Assembly: GCA_902626505.1 (NCBI GenBank)
Contig: CACOFQ010000006.1
Location: 1,382-65,381 of the forward strand
Direction of reading: 5' to 3'
DNA: 64,000 nucleotides
From: an uncultured Marinoscillum sp.
GTDB lineage: Bacteria > Bacteroidota > Bacteroidia > Cytophagales > MED-G16
Part shown: positions 18,497 to 29,188 of the stretch, piece after piece
How positions within the stretch are numbered: the first letter of the stretch is position 1
Layout of the letters: each line of letters begins with the position of its first letter
The notes under the pieces: generated by a model
Databases searched by the model: none
What the model was told of the DNA's origin: nothing
Seen by the model: the letters and a program-made list of their open reading frames with translations, nothing else
Program-made: the position numbers and the translations under genes

Positions 18497-19885
18497 ATGA
18501 AAGAAAGAACTGAAAAAGATTCAATTGGAAATATCCTTGTTGACTCTGAAAAATACTGGGGGGCACAAACACAAAGGTCTTTACAGAATTTTGATATTGG
18601 GTTTGAGAAAATGCCATGGGAAATAATAGAAAGTTTTGCGGTATTAAAAATGGCAGCAGCAGAAACAAATTATGATTTAGGTGTTTTAGATAGGAAAAAA
18701 ATGGAAGTTATAGTAGGGGTATGTGGAGAGATAATTGATGGAAAACTAATGGATCATTTTCCATTATCAGTGTGGCAAACTGGATCAGGAACACAATCAA
18801 ATATGAATGTAAATGAGGTGATAGCTAATAGAGCACATGTGGTTATGGGCGGAAAGCTAACTGACAAAATAAAAAAAATACACCCAAATGATGATGTAAA
18901 CAAATCTCAATCATCAAACGACACATTTCCAACTGCAATGAACATGTCAGCATATCATTTACTAAGCAGCTATACAATTCCATGTATAGAGAGTTTAGCT
19001 AAAGAAATAAAAAATAAATCAAGAGAATTTAAAAATATTGTAAAAATAGGAAGAACTCATTTTATGGATGCAACTCCTCTTACATTAGGAATGGAGTTTA
19101 GCGGATACTCTACACAACTTGAAAACTCAATTAAAAATATAAAAGAATCACTTAATCACCTTTCAGAATTAGCTTTAGGTGGTACAGCAGTAGGAACCGG
19201 ACTTAATACTCCAAAGGGGTATTCTAAGTTGGTAGCAGAAAAAATTTCAGAGATAACAGGTTATAATTTTAAATCCGCCAAGAATAAATTTGAAGCTCTA
19301 GCAGCAAATGATGCTATGGTAAAGGCGTCTGCAGCACTAAAAGGTTGTGCAGTTGCATTAATGAAAATAGCTAATGATATAAGAATGCTATCATCTGGAC
19401 CGAGAAGTGGTATAGGAGAAATTATTTTACCAGCTAATGAACCCGGATCCTCAATTATGCCAGGAAAAGTAAACCCCACACAATGTGAGGCAGTAACTAT
19501 GGTCTGTTCACAAGTTATGGGAAATGATGTGGCCGTTACAATTGGTGGAATGAGTGGACATTTCGAACTAAATGTTTTCAAACCAATGATTGCGCATAAT
19601 GTTTTAAACTCAGCGAGATTACTTGGGGATGTAGCCGCTTCATTTAGTCAAAACTGTATAATTGGAATCAAAGCAAATTCATCAGAAATACAAGAAAAAC
19701 TTGATAAATCATTAATGTTAGTAACAGCTTTAAACACTCATATAGGGTACGATAATGCTGCAAAAATTGCAAAAAAAGCACATAAAGAAGGCCTGACCTT
19801 AAAAGAGGCTGCTCTAAAATTAAAATTAGTTTCTGAAAAAGACTTTGATAAGTGGGTTGATCCAAAAAAGATGATTGGAAAATAA
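18497..19885 (+). CDS. fumC: Class II fumarate hydratase
   Basis: [42 protein letters not shown]; start moved to ATG 18497. Confidence 0.97.
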   Translation: MKERTEKDSIGNILVDSEKYWGAQTQRSLQNFDIGFEKMPWEIIESFAVLKMAAAETNYDLGVLDRKKMEVIVGVCGEIIDGKLMDHFPLSVWQTGSGTQSNMNVNEVIANRAHVVMGGKLTDKIKKIHPNDDVNKSQSSNDTFPTAMNMSAYHLLSSYTIPCIESLAKEIKNKSREFKNIVKIGRTHFMDATPLTLGMEFSGYSTQLENSIKNIKESLNHLSELALGGTAVGTGLNTPKGYSKLVAEKISEITGYNFKSAKNKFEALAANDAMVKASAALKGCAVALMKIANDIRMLSSGPRSGIGEIILPANEPGSSIMPGKVNPTQCEAVTMVCSQVMGNDVAVTIGGMSGHFELNVFKPMIAHNVLNSARLLGDVAASFSQNCIIGIKANSSEIQEKLDKSLMLVTALNTHIGYDNAAKIAKKAHKEGLTLKEAALKLKLVSEKDFDKWVDPKKMIGK

Positions 19886-20650
19886 ATGATTGTTTATAAA
19901 AGCTCAGAACAAATTGAACTTATAAGAGAGAGTGCGTTGTTAGTTTCCAAAACACTAGGAGAACTAAAAAAATATATATTTCCTGGTGCAATTCCCATAG
20001 AGCTGGATAAAATAGCAGAAACCTTTATAAGAGACCATGGTGCTGAACCTGGGTTCTTAGGAATGTATGACTTTCCAAATTCACTTTGTATCTCAATTAA
20101 TGAAGAGGTTGTTCACGGAATACCTAAAAATAAACCACTGAAAAATGGAGATATTGTTTCAATTGATTGCGGGGTACTTAAAAATAATTATTATGGTGAC
20201 CACGCATATACTTTTACTGTTGGGGATGTAGACGAACAAATTATTAAGCTTTTAGAAGTTACTAAAGAGTCTCTTTATAGAGGAATTAAGAAACTTGAAG
20301 TAGGAAATAGAATTGGAGATGTAAGCTCAGAGATTCAAAACTTTACAGAAAGTCACGGGTACGGAGTAGTAAGAGAGCTAGTTGGGCACGGTCTAGGAAA
20401 AAGCTTACATGAAGAGCCTGACATACCAAACTTTGGAATAAAAAATACTGGTCCTAAAATTCAAAATGGTCTTGTAGTTGCTATAGAACCTATGATAAAT
20501 CTTGGAGTCAAAGACGTTGAACAAAGTAACGACGGGTGGACTGTAGTGACTAAAGACAAAAAGCCTTCAGCTCATTTTGAGCATAATGTTGCGGTAATTA
20601 AAGGTAAACCAGAATTACTTTCAACCTTTGATTTTATTGAAAAAGACTAA
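19886..20650 (+). CDS. map: Type I methionine aminopeptidase
   Basis: CISINEEVVHGIP, DIVSIDCG, GHGLG, AIEPM, SAHFEH. Confidence 0.96.
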   Translation: MIVYKSSEQIELIRESALLVSKTLGELKKYIFPGAIPIELDKIAETFIRDHGAEPGFLGMYDFPNSLCISINEEVVHGIPKNKPLKNGDIVSIDCGVLKNNYYGDHAYTFTVGDVDEQIIKLLEVTKESLYRGIKKLEVGNRIGDVSSEIQNFTESHGYGVVRELVGHGLGKSLHEEPDIPNFGIKNTGPKIQNGLVVAIEPMINLGVKDVEQSNDGWTVVTKDKKPSAHFEHNVAVIKGKPELLSTFDFIEKD

Positions 20651-22145
20651 TATGCTCTAACATGCCGTCTAAGTATTTTCTGTCATTTGATAGTCTAGGT
20701 ATTTTATTTTGTCCTCCAAGTTTACCCTTTGACTTAAGCCAGTAATCAAAAAACCCAGTCTTTACAAAATGAACCTTTGGTTGCTTAATTGCAATATCCT
20801 TATATCTTTTAGCATCGTAATCTGAATTGATTTTTCTTAATTCTTCGTCTAATAAGTTTATAAACTTTTCTTTATTTTTTGGTTCTTCAATAAACTCAAT
20901 AATCCACTCGTGCGCACCTCTTTTTGTACCAGTAATAAAAATTGGAGCAGCAGAATAATTATAAAATGATACTGATAGTTTTTCACACGTTCTTGATAAT
21001 GCTAAATCAGCATTTTCAATAACCAATTCCTCACCAAATGCATTTATAAAATGTTTTGTTCTTCCTGTAATAAGAATTTTAAATGGACTTAAAGAGACAA
21101 ATTTAATTGTGTCACCAATTCTATATCTCCACAAACCTGAAAAAGTCGATATAACTAAAGCGTAATCTCTATTAAGTTTAACCCCAGAAATATCAGTTAT
21201 TTTTTTTGACTTTCTATCTTCAAACTCGTAAAACACACCATGGTTGGTAAGCAACAACATTGAATTAGAATTTGGGTCGTCCTGAAAAGCAAAGAATCCC
21301 TCAGAGGCATTATAAGTTTCTTGATAATTCATATGGGTTCTAGGAATTAACTCTTTAAACAAGCTTTTGTAAGGCAAAAAGGAAACAGCTCCATGAATAA
21401 AAAGCTCAAGATTTGGCCAAACTTCTAATATGTTTTTTTTATCAGTAATCTTAAGAACTTCCTTTATTAAAACAATGGTCCAAGTTGGAACTCCTGATAA
21501 GTTAGTAATGTTTTGTTTTGATGTGATTTCAGCCATTATTTTAATTTTCTTTTCCCATTCTGGCATAAGAGCTATATCAATACTTGGAGTTCTAAGATAT
21601 GATGCCCAAAAAGGAAGATTTTTTAATAAAATAGCGGAAATGTCGCCAGTGAAAATTTTTTTCTTATCATCATATGGGGTTATTTGTTTACTACCTCCAA
21701 GAGCCAAAGCTAGACCATCAAATAGTTTTGACTTCTTATTGTTTTTTAGGTAAACAGATAGTAAGTCTCTGCCTGCTTTCAAATGATTAAGATCTAAAGA
21801 TTCTTTAGAAACCGGAATGAACTTACTAACATCATTTGTGGTCCCAGATGACTTGGCGAACCAGGTTATTTCTTCAGGCCATATCACATTTTTATCACCG
21901 TTAAGAACACTTTTTATTTTTTTAAAAAAATCTTCATAATTAACAATTGGAACTTTTTTTGAATAATCATTATAAGATTTTATAGAACTAAAATTATACT
22001 CCTTTCCATATAAAGTATTTCTCCCTCTTTTAATTAATGTAGATAAAATTTGATTTTGATCTTTTTTAGCATTTGCCTTAAACTCCGATATAGATTTCTC
22101 TCTATTTTTTAAGAAAAAACGAGCAAAAGAAGTTAAAACACTCAT
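20634..22145 (-). CDS. GH3 auxin-responsive family acyl-adenylate/amido synthetase
   Basis: FAKSSGTT, YNASEGFF, GLWRYRIGD, GGQNKIPRL. Confidence 0.9.
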   Translation of the reverse strand: MSVLTSFARFFLKNREKSISEFKANAKKDQNQILSTLIKRGRNTLYGKEYNFSSIKSYNDYSKKVPIVNYEDFFKKIKSVLNGDKNVIWPEEITWFAKSSGTTNDVSKFIPVSKESLDLNHLKAGRDLLSVYLKNNKKSKLFDGLALALGGSKQITPYDDKKKIFTGDISAILLKNLPFWASYLRTPSIDIALMPEWEKKIKIMAEITSKQNITNLSGVPTWTIVLIKEVLKITDKKNILEVWPNLELFIHGAVSFLPYKSLFKELIPRTHMNYQETYNASEGFFAFQDDPNSNSMLLLTNHGVFYEFEDRKSKKITDISGVKLNRDYALVISTFSGLWRYRIGDTIKFVSLSPFKILITGRTKHFINAFGEELVIENADLALSRTCEKLSVSFYNYSAAPIFITGTKRGAHEWIIEFIEEPKNKEKFINLLDEELRKINSDYDAKRYKDIAIKQPKVHFVKTGFFDYWLKSKGKLGGQNKIPRLSNDRKYLDGMLEHISLFQ

Positions 22146-22147
22146 TT

Positions 22148-22879
22148 TTATAACTTTCTTTTTAGCTCAAACCTTTGACCTAAATATAACTTTCTGACTT
22201 GTTCATCAGAGGCAAGCTCTTCAGATGTTCCTGATTTTAGTAATTTTCCTTCAAACATAAGGTATGACCTGTCGGTAATTGATAAGGTTTCATCAACATT
22301 ATGATCTGTTATTAAGATCCCTATATTCTTCTTTTTTAAAGAATAAACTATGTTTTGGATTTCTTCAACCGCAATTGGATCAACTCCCGCAAAAGGTTCG
22401 TCTAATAAAATGAATTTAGGTTCGGTTGCTAAAGCCCTAGCAATTTCTGTTCTTCTCCTTTCTCCACCTGAAAGCACCATCCCTAAATTATTTTGAATGC
22501 CTTCAAGCCCAAACTCTTTTAAAAGCTTTTCTGCTTTTTCTTTTTGTTGATTTTGATCTAAACTTGTTCCCTCCAACACTGCTAAAATATTATCTTTTAC
22601 AGATAAATTTCTAAAAACTGATGCCTCCTGAGCTAAATACCCTATTCCCTTTCTTGCTCTCTTATACATAGGTAGCCTAGTGATATTTTCATTGCCGATA
22701 AACACTTCTCCTTCATCTGGTTTTATTAAACCAACGATTGAATAAAAAGTTGTTGTTTTTCCAGCTCCATTAGGTCCTAACAGCCCAACAATTTCACCTT
22801 GGTTAACACTTAGTGAAACGTTATCTACCACCTTTTTGGTGCCATAAATTTTAACTAATGAATTGGCTGATAACGACAT
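22148..22879 (-). CDS. lptB: LPS export ABC transporter ATP-binding protein
   Basis: [43 protein letters not shown]; start set at the second Met because a TATTTTTG -7 element lies at 22896-22903. Confidence 0.95.
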   Translation of the reverse strand: MSLSANSLVKIYGTKKVVDNVSLSVNQGEIVGLLGPNGAGKTTTFYSIVGLIKPDEGEVFIGNENITRLPMYKRARKGIGYLAQEASVFRNLSVKDNILAVLEGTSLDQNQQKEKAEKLLKEFGLEGIQNNLGMVLSGGERRRTEIARALATEPKFILLDEPFAGVDPIAVEEIQNIVYSLKKKNIGILITDHNVDETLSITDRSYLMFEGKLLKSGTSEELASDEQVRKLYLGQRFELKRKL

Positions 22880-22950
22880 TTGGGTATTCATGCAACAAAA
22901 ATATATATAATTAGTTTATATTGTTAATTTTACAATTAAACCAAGTTAAA

Positions 22951-23529
22951 ATGTTAAGAAGAAATAAAGTTCGGCTTTTCTTTTTCTTTAAAAATTTTTT
23001 GAGAGGGCTTTTATTTTTTGCCGTAGCTCTTGGATTTTATAAAATTACATTTAGTTATTTAGACTTATCTTCTTTAAAAAATCAGATAACGTTTGATTTT
23101 CCTTCCTTTTTTGTTTTTCTGTTATTTTTTACATCTGAAGTTGTTTTAGGAATAATTCCACCTGAACTATTTATGATTTGGGCTATTACCTCCAAGCCAA
23201 TACAATCTTATCTATTTTATGTAATTATGTTTTCTGTATTATCATATACAGCTGGCTTTGTAGCATTTCTTTTTGGAAAATATTTACACAATACATGGTT
23301 GTATGATTTCATGAAAAGAAATATTATAGGAAAGTATGAAAGAAAAATCACTGCTTTTGGGTGGTTAGTGATAGTGGTAGCTGCAATAACACCTATTCCT
23401 TTTTCTGCAACATGTGCTGTTGTTGGCGCTGTAGGATTTGATAGAAAAAAATACCTGTTTTACTCTTTAGCAAGATTTATAAGATATGCTATTTATGGAT
23501 TTTTTATTTGGTTAGCCCACCCATTTTAA
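22951..23529 (+). CDS. DedA/VTT (YqaA-like) membrane protein
   Basis: GIIPPELF, AAITPIPFS, RFIRY motifs; hydrophobic; start uncertain. Confidence 0.65.
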   Translation: MLRRNKVRLFFFFKNFLRGLLFFAVALGFYKITFSYLDLSSLKNQITFDFPSFFVFLLFFTSEVVLGIIPPELFMIWAITSKPIQSYLFYVIMFSVLSYTAGFVAFLFGKYLHNTWLYDFMKRNIIGKYERKITAFGWLVIVVAAITPIPFSATCAVVGAVGFDRKKYLFYSLARFIRYAIYGFFIWLAHPF

Positions 23530-24659
23530 AAATCTGAGATCTCTATAATTTTATTAACTACATAATCCACTTCTTCTAAAGTATTGTACTTACTAAACGA
23601 AAATCGAACATTAACACACCCATCAACAGTAGGGATCTCTTTTAATACGTGGGAGCCGGAATCTGAACCACTAGAGCAAGCACTGCCTGCAGAAGCTGCA
23701 ATATTATTAATATCTAAATTAAACAAAAACATTTGTTGGTCATCAATATTTGGTATACTGACATTAAGAACAGTATATAAACTTTGGTCTATATCTGCAG
23801 ACATTCCATTAAACTTTACACCCTTTATTTTTTTTTCTAAAGATGAGATCATATGTCCTTTAAGTTTTTGGACTTTCTCTCTATGACTATCAAGATTATC
23901 ACTAGCTAAAGTTAAAGCTTCAGAAAGACCAATAATTCCATATACATTCTCAGTGCCTCCTCTCATATTTCTTTCCTGAGCACCCCCATGAATAAAGGGA
24001 GATATTTTATGCTTATTATTTAAGTACAAAAAACCTATTCCTTTTGGCCCATGAAATTTATGCGCAGAACCAACAACCCCATGAATATTTATATCATTTA
24101 GGTTAATGTTATAATGACCTATAGTTTGAACTGTATCTGAATGAAGAATTGTATTATACTTTTCACAAATTTTTGAAATTGTCTTAATGTCATTAAGGTT
24201 TCCTATTTCATTATTCCCATGCATAAGGCTTACAAGTGAATTTGTGTTTTTTCTAATTAAATTTTCTAAGTGAACATGATCAATTTCTCCTTTTTCATTA
24301 ATATTAACATACTTGATATTTATTTTATGTGACTTATTCAAATACTCACAACAATGTAAAACTGCATGGTGTTCAATCTTGGAGGTAATTATTGTATCGA
24401 TTTTTTTTTCTAGAACTGTATTTGTAATGAACATATTATCTGCCTCGGTTCCTCCTGAAGTAAAAAAAATTTCTCCTGGCTCACAACATAAAATTTCAGC
24501 AACTCTTGATCTAGACTTTTCAATAGCTGACTTTATTTCTCTACCTCTTTTATGAATTGATGATGGGTTACCAAAACCATTTTCCATGTAGGGAATCATT
24601 TTATCTAAAACCTTTTTTTCTAAGGGCGTAGTGGCAGCGTTATCGAAATATACATTCAT
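23526..24659 (-). CDS. iscS: Cysteine desulfurase (IscS/NifS family)
   Basis: YFDNAATT, FTSGGTEA, SAHKFHGPKG, SAGSACSSG catalytic Cys. Confidence 0.9.
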   Translation of the reverse strand: MNVYFDNAATTPLEKKVLDKMIPYMENGFGNPSSIHKRGREIKSAIEKSRSRVAEILCCEPGEIFFTSGGTEADNMFITNTVLEKKIDTIITSKIEHHAVLHCCEYLNKSHKINIKYVNINEKGEIDHVHLENLIRKNTNSLVSLMHGNNEIGNLNDIKTISKICEKYNTILHSDTVQTIGHYNINLNDINIHGVVGSAHKFHGPKGIGFLYLNNKHKISPFIHGGAQERNMRGGTENVYGIIGLSEALTLASDNLDSHREKVQKLKGHMISSLEKKIKGVKFNGMSADIDQSLYTVLNVSIPNIDDQQMFLFNLDINNIAASAGSACSSGSDSGSHVLKEIPTVDGCVNVRFSFSKYNTLEEVDYVVNKIIEISDF

Positions 24660-26020
24660 TATAAATGTAATTTAGAAATTATTTTATTAGATATCGCTGA
24701 AGCTTCATCTAATGTTTTAGCCTCAGAAATAATTCTAACTACAGGCTCAGTATTTGATTTTCTTATATGGGTCCAACTATTTTCAAAATTTATTTTTATT
24801 CCATCTCTTAAATCAATATTAAACTCAGAAAACTCTTCTGAAAAAGACTCAACTACTTTTTCTAAACTTCCTGAAAATTTAGTTTTAGACTTATGAATAT
24901 AATACTCCGGTAAAATTTGTTTTAATTCAGATAACTTTAAATTTCTTTCTGCAAGTAAGGTCAAAATTAAACCTATTCCAATAAGGGAATCTCTTCCATA
25001 ATGAGTTGACGGAAAAATAACACCCCCGTTTCCCTCACCACCTATATCTGCTTTTACCGCTTTCATTTTCTCAACAACATTAATTTCACCTACGGGAGCA
25101 GAAAAATATTCACCAGAATATTTTTCAGTAATTTTCTTCAAAGCTAAAGATGACGAAAGATTTGAACAGGTAATTGGTTTTTTTATTTTAGAAATTAAAT
25201 GTTCAGCAGCCGCTACAAGAGTATACTCCTCACCGAAGGGCTCCCCTTTTTCATCAACCAAACATAGCCTATCAGCATCAGGATCAACAACTATACCTAA
25301 ATCAAAATCTCCACCTTTAATTTCATTACAAATTTGGTCTATGTTTTCTGGAAGTGGTTCTGGATTATGAGCAAATTCGCCATTTGGCTCACAGTTTATT
25401 CTTTTTATTTTATTTACTCCTAAATGATCTAGAAACTTGGGAATGGCTATCCCCCCAACTGAGTTAATACCATCAACAGCAATTTTAAATTTTTTTTCAG
25501 AAATCTTATCGAGGGACACAAGTGCTTGAGAGCTTACTAGATTTATATGATCCCTTAGAGCATTATAATATTCTCGTACTTTGCCTGGGGTATCTGATTT
25601 TTTAATTTTTCTTTCTTTCTCCTCAATAATTAAAGAAACTTTTCCTGGAGATAAAAATTCACCATTATTGTCCAAAAGTTTAAGAGCATTCCATTTTTCA
25701 TCATTATGACTTGCAGAAATCATAATACCTCCTGAAGCGTTCATCTTTTTTGTGCAAATACCTAATGTAGGAGTTGTGACTAAACCAACGTCTATTACAT
25801 CGCATCCATTTTTGACTAATGTATCCAAAACAATTTTAGAAATGTGCTTACCTGATTTACGAGCATCTCTACCGACAACAACAACTTGTTTTAATTTATT
25901 AGAAATTATTTCTGAGTAGTAAGCTAGAGTAAATTGTTTTATATCATAATCTGAGAGTGATTCCCCTGGAATATTTTCTAGAGTACCTCTTATTCCAGAG
26001 ATAGATTTTATAAGTGTCAT
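24659..26020 (-). CDS. glmM: Phosphoglucosamine mutase / phosphohexomutase
   Basis: SISGIRG, ISASHN, DPDADR, GEGNGG, RKSNTEP. Confidence 0.85.
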   Translation of the reverse strand: MTLIKSISGIRGTLENIPGESLSDYDIKQFTLAYYSEIISNKLKQVVVVGRDARKSGKHISKIVLDTLVKNGCDVIDVGLVTTPTLGICTKKMNASGGIMISASHNDEKWNALKLLDNNGEFLSPGKVSLIIEEKERKIKKSDTPGKVREYYNALRDHINLVSSQALVSLDKISEKKFKIAVDGINSVGGIAIPKFLDHLGVNKIKRINCEPNGEFAHNPEPLPENIDQICNEIKGGDFDLGIVVDPDADRLCLVDEKGEPFGEEYTLVAAAEHLISKIKKPITCSNLSSSLALKKITEKYSGEYFSAPVGEINVVEKMKAVKADIGGEGNGGVIFPSTHYGRDSLIGIGLILTLLAERNLKLSELKQILPEYYIHKSKTKFSGSLEKVVESFSEEFSEFNIDLRDGIKINFENSWTHIRKSNTEPVVRIISEAKTLDEASAISNKIISKLHL

Positions 26021-26021
26021 T

Positions 26022-26216
26022 TTAATTTTTTTTACAATCAGTACCTGGAGTCACTGTTTTACCACAGTATCCACACTGTTCTCCTTTGGGGTTTAGGAAA
26101 GGGTTCTGAGAAGCACATGTACCTTTAAACTCTCCTCCTTTAATTAGAATTAATCTAAGAGATAGAGCGACAAAGAAAAAACCAACAAGTATTATAGCTA
26201 TTATTGTTTCGGTCAT
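26022..26216 (-). CDS. Small single-TM protein with four Cys (GTCAS...CGYCG...C)
   Basis: 64 aa from ATG 26216; TAACTTTG -7 element at 26222-26229; first gene of the glmM-iscS unit. Confidence 0.75.
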   Translation of the reverse strand: MTETIIAIILVGFFFVALSLRLILIKGGEFKGTCASQNPFLNPKGEQCGYCGKTVTPGTDCKKN

Positions 26217-26275
26217 AATTACAAAGTTATGCAATCAGTTTCTTATCTTTAGTTAATATAAAAAATTCTTTTATA

Positions 26276-27055
26276 ATGAAACCCAATAATAAGTTTGATG
26301 AATTAAAATCTATAATATCAGAACTTAGAGAAAAGTGTCCTTGGGACAAGAAACAAACTTTTAGTTCTTTAAGAAGATTGACTGTTGAAGAAGTATATGA
26401 ACTATCAGAAGAAATAATTAATAAAAAACACAGCGGAATTGAAGAAGAAGTTGGAGACTTATTATTGCATGTAATGCTTTATAGCCAAATAGGTGAAGAG
26501 CATAATAAATTTGACATATATTCTATTATAGAAAAACTAATTTCGAAACTAAAAAGAAGGCATCCGCATATTTACGAAAATAAACAAGACCTGACTAAGG
26601 AAGAAGTTGAATCAAATTGGGAAAAAATTAAAAAAACCGAAAAAAATATTGAAACGACTTTAGGAAATATTCCAAAAAGTATCCCCCCCATGATTAAAGC
26701 TATGAGAATACAGGAAAAAGTTAAAAGTGTTGGATTTGATTGGGACGAAACAAGTCAAGTTATCGAAAAAATTAAGGAAGAATTTAACGAAGTAAAGGAA
26801 GAAATTAAAAAATTAAACAACGATAAAAAAATTAAAAATGAAATTGGAGACCTTATGTTTTCAGTTATTAATTTAGCTCGATTTATAGGAATTGACCCTG
26901 AAGAATCCCTTGAAAGAACCAATATAAAATTCATCAATAGATTTAATGAGATGGAAAGAAAAATTCAAATAGACAGAAAAAATCTAAAAGATATGAGCCT
27001 AAAAGAAATGGACAGATATTGGGAAAAGTCAAAGAAAAAAAATGAGGAGCAATAA
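26276..27055 (+). CDS. mazG: Nucleoside triphosphate pyrophosphohydrolase
   Basis: CPWDKKQT, EEVYE, EEVGDLL, RRHPHI, GFDW, EIGDLMF. Confidence 0.95.
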   Translation: MKPNNKFDELKSIISELREKCPWDKKQTFSSLRRLTVEEVYELSEEIINKKHSGIEEEVGDLLLHVMLYSQIGEEHNKFDIYSIIEKLISKLKRRHPHIYENKQDLTKEEVESNWEKIKKTEKNIETTLGNIPKSIPPMIKAMRIQEKVKSVGFDWDETSQVIEKIKEEFNEVKEEIKKLNNDKKIKNEIGDLMFSVINLARFIGIDPEESLERTNIKFINRFNEMERKIQIDRKNLKDMSLKEMDRYWEKSKKKNEEQ

Positions 27056-28052
27056 AAAAGTTGAGAAAAGTAAATTTATAGTTGATGAAAATCAAACCAT
27101 GATTCGATTAGATAGATTTTTATTTGATAAAATACCAAATGTAACAAGAAATAAAATTCAAGAAGGAATAAAAAACAGTCAAGTCTTTGTTAATAAAAAA
27201 GTTGTGAAGCCTAGCTATAAAGTTAAATCCAAAGATATTATTGAAGTTGAAATTTTAAAAAACATAAGGCCTAACGACATAGAACCAGAGAATATAAAGC
27301 TAGATATAATTTATGAAGACAGAGAACTATTAATTATAAATAAGTCTGCAGGAATGGTGGTTCACCCTGCACATGAAAACTGGAACGGGACGCTGGTAAA
27401 TGCTCTTATTTATCATTTTAAAAACTTGCCTGAAATGGAAGGAAATGAAGGAAGGCCAGGGCTAGTCCATAGAATAGATAAAGAAACATCAGGCTTACTT
27501 GTCATTGCAAAAACTAACTTGGCTATGGAATCTTTAGCCAAACAATTTAAAAACCATTCAATTAAAAGAAAATACCAAGCTTTGGTTTGGGGGGTTCCTA
27601 AGGACAATAAAGGAACAATTAATGTAAACCTTGGAAGATCTCTCAAAGATAGAAGAATAGTAGAAGGATATGCAGATAACACCTTAGGGAAAAAAGCAAT
27701 AACTCATTACAATGTACTTGAAACTATTCATTATATATCATTAGTTGAGTGTGAATTAGAGACCGGCAGAACCCATCAAATTAGAGCTCACATGAAACAT
27801 ATTGGTCACCCTATTTTTTGTGATAAAACATATGGCGGAAATATTATCGTAAAAGGAAATAAGTTTACCAACTATAAAAGGTTTGTTGAGAATAGTTTTA
27901 AATTAATTGATAGGCAAGCTCTTCATGCTAAAAGCTTAGGTTTTGTTCATCCAAAAACAAAAAAAGAAATGTGGTTTGACTCAGAATTACCATACGATAT
28001 TCAAGAAGTAATATCAAAATGGAAAAAATACGAGAGGCCAGAAAATTATTAA
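27042..28052 (+). CDS. rluD: RluA-family 23S rRNA pseudouridine synthase
   Basis: S4 domain, NKSAGMVVHP, HRIDKETSG, LETGRTHQIRAH, RQALHA. Confidence 0.9.
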   Translation: MRSNKKVEKSKFIVDENQTMIRLDRFLFDKIPNVTRNKIQEGIKNSQVFVNKKVVKPSYKVKSKDIIEVEILKNIRPNDIEPENIKLDIIYEDRELLIINKSAGMVVHPAHENWNGTLVNALIYHFKNLPEMEGNEGRPGLVHRIDKETSGLLVIAKTNLAMESLAKQFKNHSIKRKYQALVWGVPKDNKGTINVNLGRSLKDRRIVEGYADNTLGKKAITHYNVLETIHYISLVECELETGRTHQIRAHMKHIGHPIFCDKTYGGNIIVKGNKFTNYKRFVENSFKLIDRQALHAKSLGFVHPKTKKEMWFDSELPYDIQEVISKWKKYERPENY

Positions 28053-29113
28053 ATCATCTTAGGATAACTACCAAGTAGCTTGATGTTATCTTCATATCTT
28101 TTAAAGATAATTTGAAAATTATTACTTAAATAATGACCCTCAAAATCAATATAGAAAACATATTTAAATTCAGTCCCTTTCTTTGCGGGCCTACTTTCAA
28201 GTTTAGTTAAATTGATTTTAGCGTCATGAAACTCTTGCAAGAATTTAGCAAGAACTCCATGCCCGTCAGTCAAATTAACTAATATGGATGTTTTGTCATC
28301 TTTAGATATCACTTCATTTTTAGTAGAAGATAGGATAACAAATCTGGTGTGATTATCTTTTGAATCTTCAATTTTATCAAATAGGATTGGAACCCCCTGT
28401 TGAACTGCAGCAAACCTTGAGCATATTGCTGCTGCGCCCTCTTTTTTATCAGCATACTTAACTGCAGCACTTGTGCTATTAACTGGTATACATTTTATGT
28501 CTTCTGAAAAATAATTTTCAATAAAATTGTTACATTGTTTGAACGCAATATCTTTTGAATAAATTGTATTTATGTTTTTAATGTCTTTTGCTCTAGTCGC
28601 AAAGGAAAAACTTATAGATAAAGGAAGCTCAGATATTATTTGGAGATTACTGACTCCTAAAAGATCGATGGTTTCCTGAACAATACCTTCTTGGTTATTT
28701 TCTAGTGGAATTATTCCGTATTTTGACTTTTTCAATTCAACTGACTTGAAAACAGACTTAATAGAATTAAGTGATAAGTATTTTGCCTGAGACCCAAAGT
28801 TGCTTTCAGCTGCCTGATGAGTGAAACTTCCTTCTGGGCCAAGATATGATATTCTTTCTGGCAATTCAATATTTCGAGCTGCAGCAAAAACTTCTTGAAA
28901 AATTGCCTTAATAGAATCAGCACTTAATTTTCCATTTGCTAAAGAGTGTAATCGCTCAATAATTTCTTTTTCTCTCTCAGGCCTATAGACACTTTCGTTA
29001 GAAGCATTTTTTAGTAATCCAATTTCATGAACTATATCCATTCTTTGATCAAGAAGATTTAAAATATCTGCGTCAATTTTATCAATTTTTGTTCTTAATT
29101 CTTTAATGTTCAT
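28049..29113 (-). CDS. pheA: Bifunctional chorismate mutase / prephenate dehydratase
   Basis: N-terminal AroQ domain (LRTKIDKID, YRPERE), YLGPEGSFTH, PLEN, NHTRF, ACT domain LTKLESRP, LLGSYP. Confidence 0.92.
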   Translation of the reverse strand: MNIKELRTKIDKIDADILNLLDQRMDIVHEIGLLKNASNESVYRPEREKEIIERLHSLANGKLSADSIKAIFQEVFAAARNIELPERISYLGPEGSFTHQAAESNFGSQAKYLSLNSIKSVFKSVELKKSKYGIIPLENNQEGIVQETIDLLGVSNLQIISELPLSISFSFATRAKDIKNINTIYSKDIAFKQCNNFIENYFSEDIKCIPVNSTSAAVKYADKKEGAAAICSRFAAVQQGVPILFDKIEDSKDNHTRFVILSSTKNEVISKDDKTSILVNLTDGHGVLAKFLQEFHDAKINLTKLESRPAKKGTEFKYVFYIDFEGHYLSNNFQIIFKRYEDNIKLLGSYPKMI

Positions 29114-29188
29114 TAATTTTATAGTTCGATTAATTTTTTTCACAAAATAACAATTTAAAAGTAAAAATTAATCATAATTTGTAGTTAT

